From Malacoraja senta (taxonomy: Eukaryota), in the NCBI GenBank assembly GCA_038087875.1, contig JAXLNO010000036.1, forward strand, positions 1-64,000: a DNA stretch of 64,000 nt. Reading direction: 5' to 3'. The first letter of the stretch is position 1. The number at the start of each line of letters is the position of its first letter. The position numbers were made by a program, and so were the translations under genes. Of this stretch, positions 63,918 through 64,000 are shown in pieces. A model generated the notes under the pieces. The model worked only from the letters and a program-made list of their open reading frames with translations, was not told where the DNA came from and did no database searches.

Positions 63918-64000
63918 CCAGCAACGTGGCCGTCGGAAACCAGCACCACTGCGTCACTAATGTTTTCTTGGATGATGAATGAATGAAGTTAGAGGAAAAT

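Overview
Eukaryotic, repeat-dominated DNA. It is vertebrate, and the CR1, Rex1/Babar, Penelope and Gypsy mix suggests a cartilaginous fish (inference only). I see no intact host gene, RNA gene or CRISPR array. The window is a hierarchical tandem-duplication array: a ~9 kb unit (about 42.7-51.7 kb and 51.7-60.9 kb, with variants at 1-15.3 kb and 60.9-64 kb) and a ~6 kb unit (17.6-23.6 kb versus 23.6-33.0 kb). Both are built on an older shared repeat. That older repeat carries a ~380-390 nt minus-strand exon-like module with AG/GT boundaries in several copies, found about 11 times, all decayed, and encoding a ~128 aa sequence I cannot assign to a family. A second pair of exon-like segments occurs twice. 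Overlaid on this are two long CR1 LINEs (one apparently an inter-family chimera), many CR1, Rex1 and L1 fragments, a composite Gypsy with non-matching LTRs, Penelope fragments with hammerhead-like cores, CpG-rich retroposon-like inserts without a recognisable ORF that share a 3' stem-loop, a 2.2 kb nested inverted-repeat element, and 40-bp and 28-30-bp minisatellites. All alignments and coordinates were made by eye, so boundaries are approximate.
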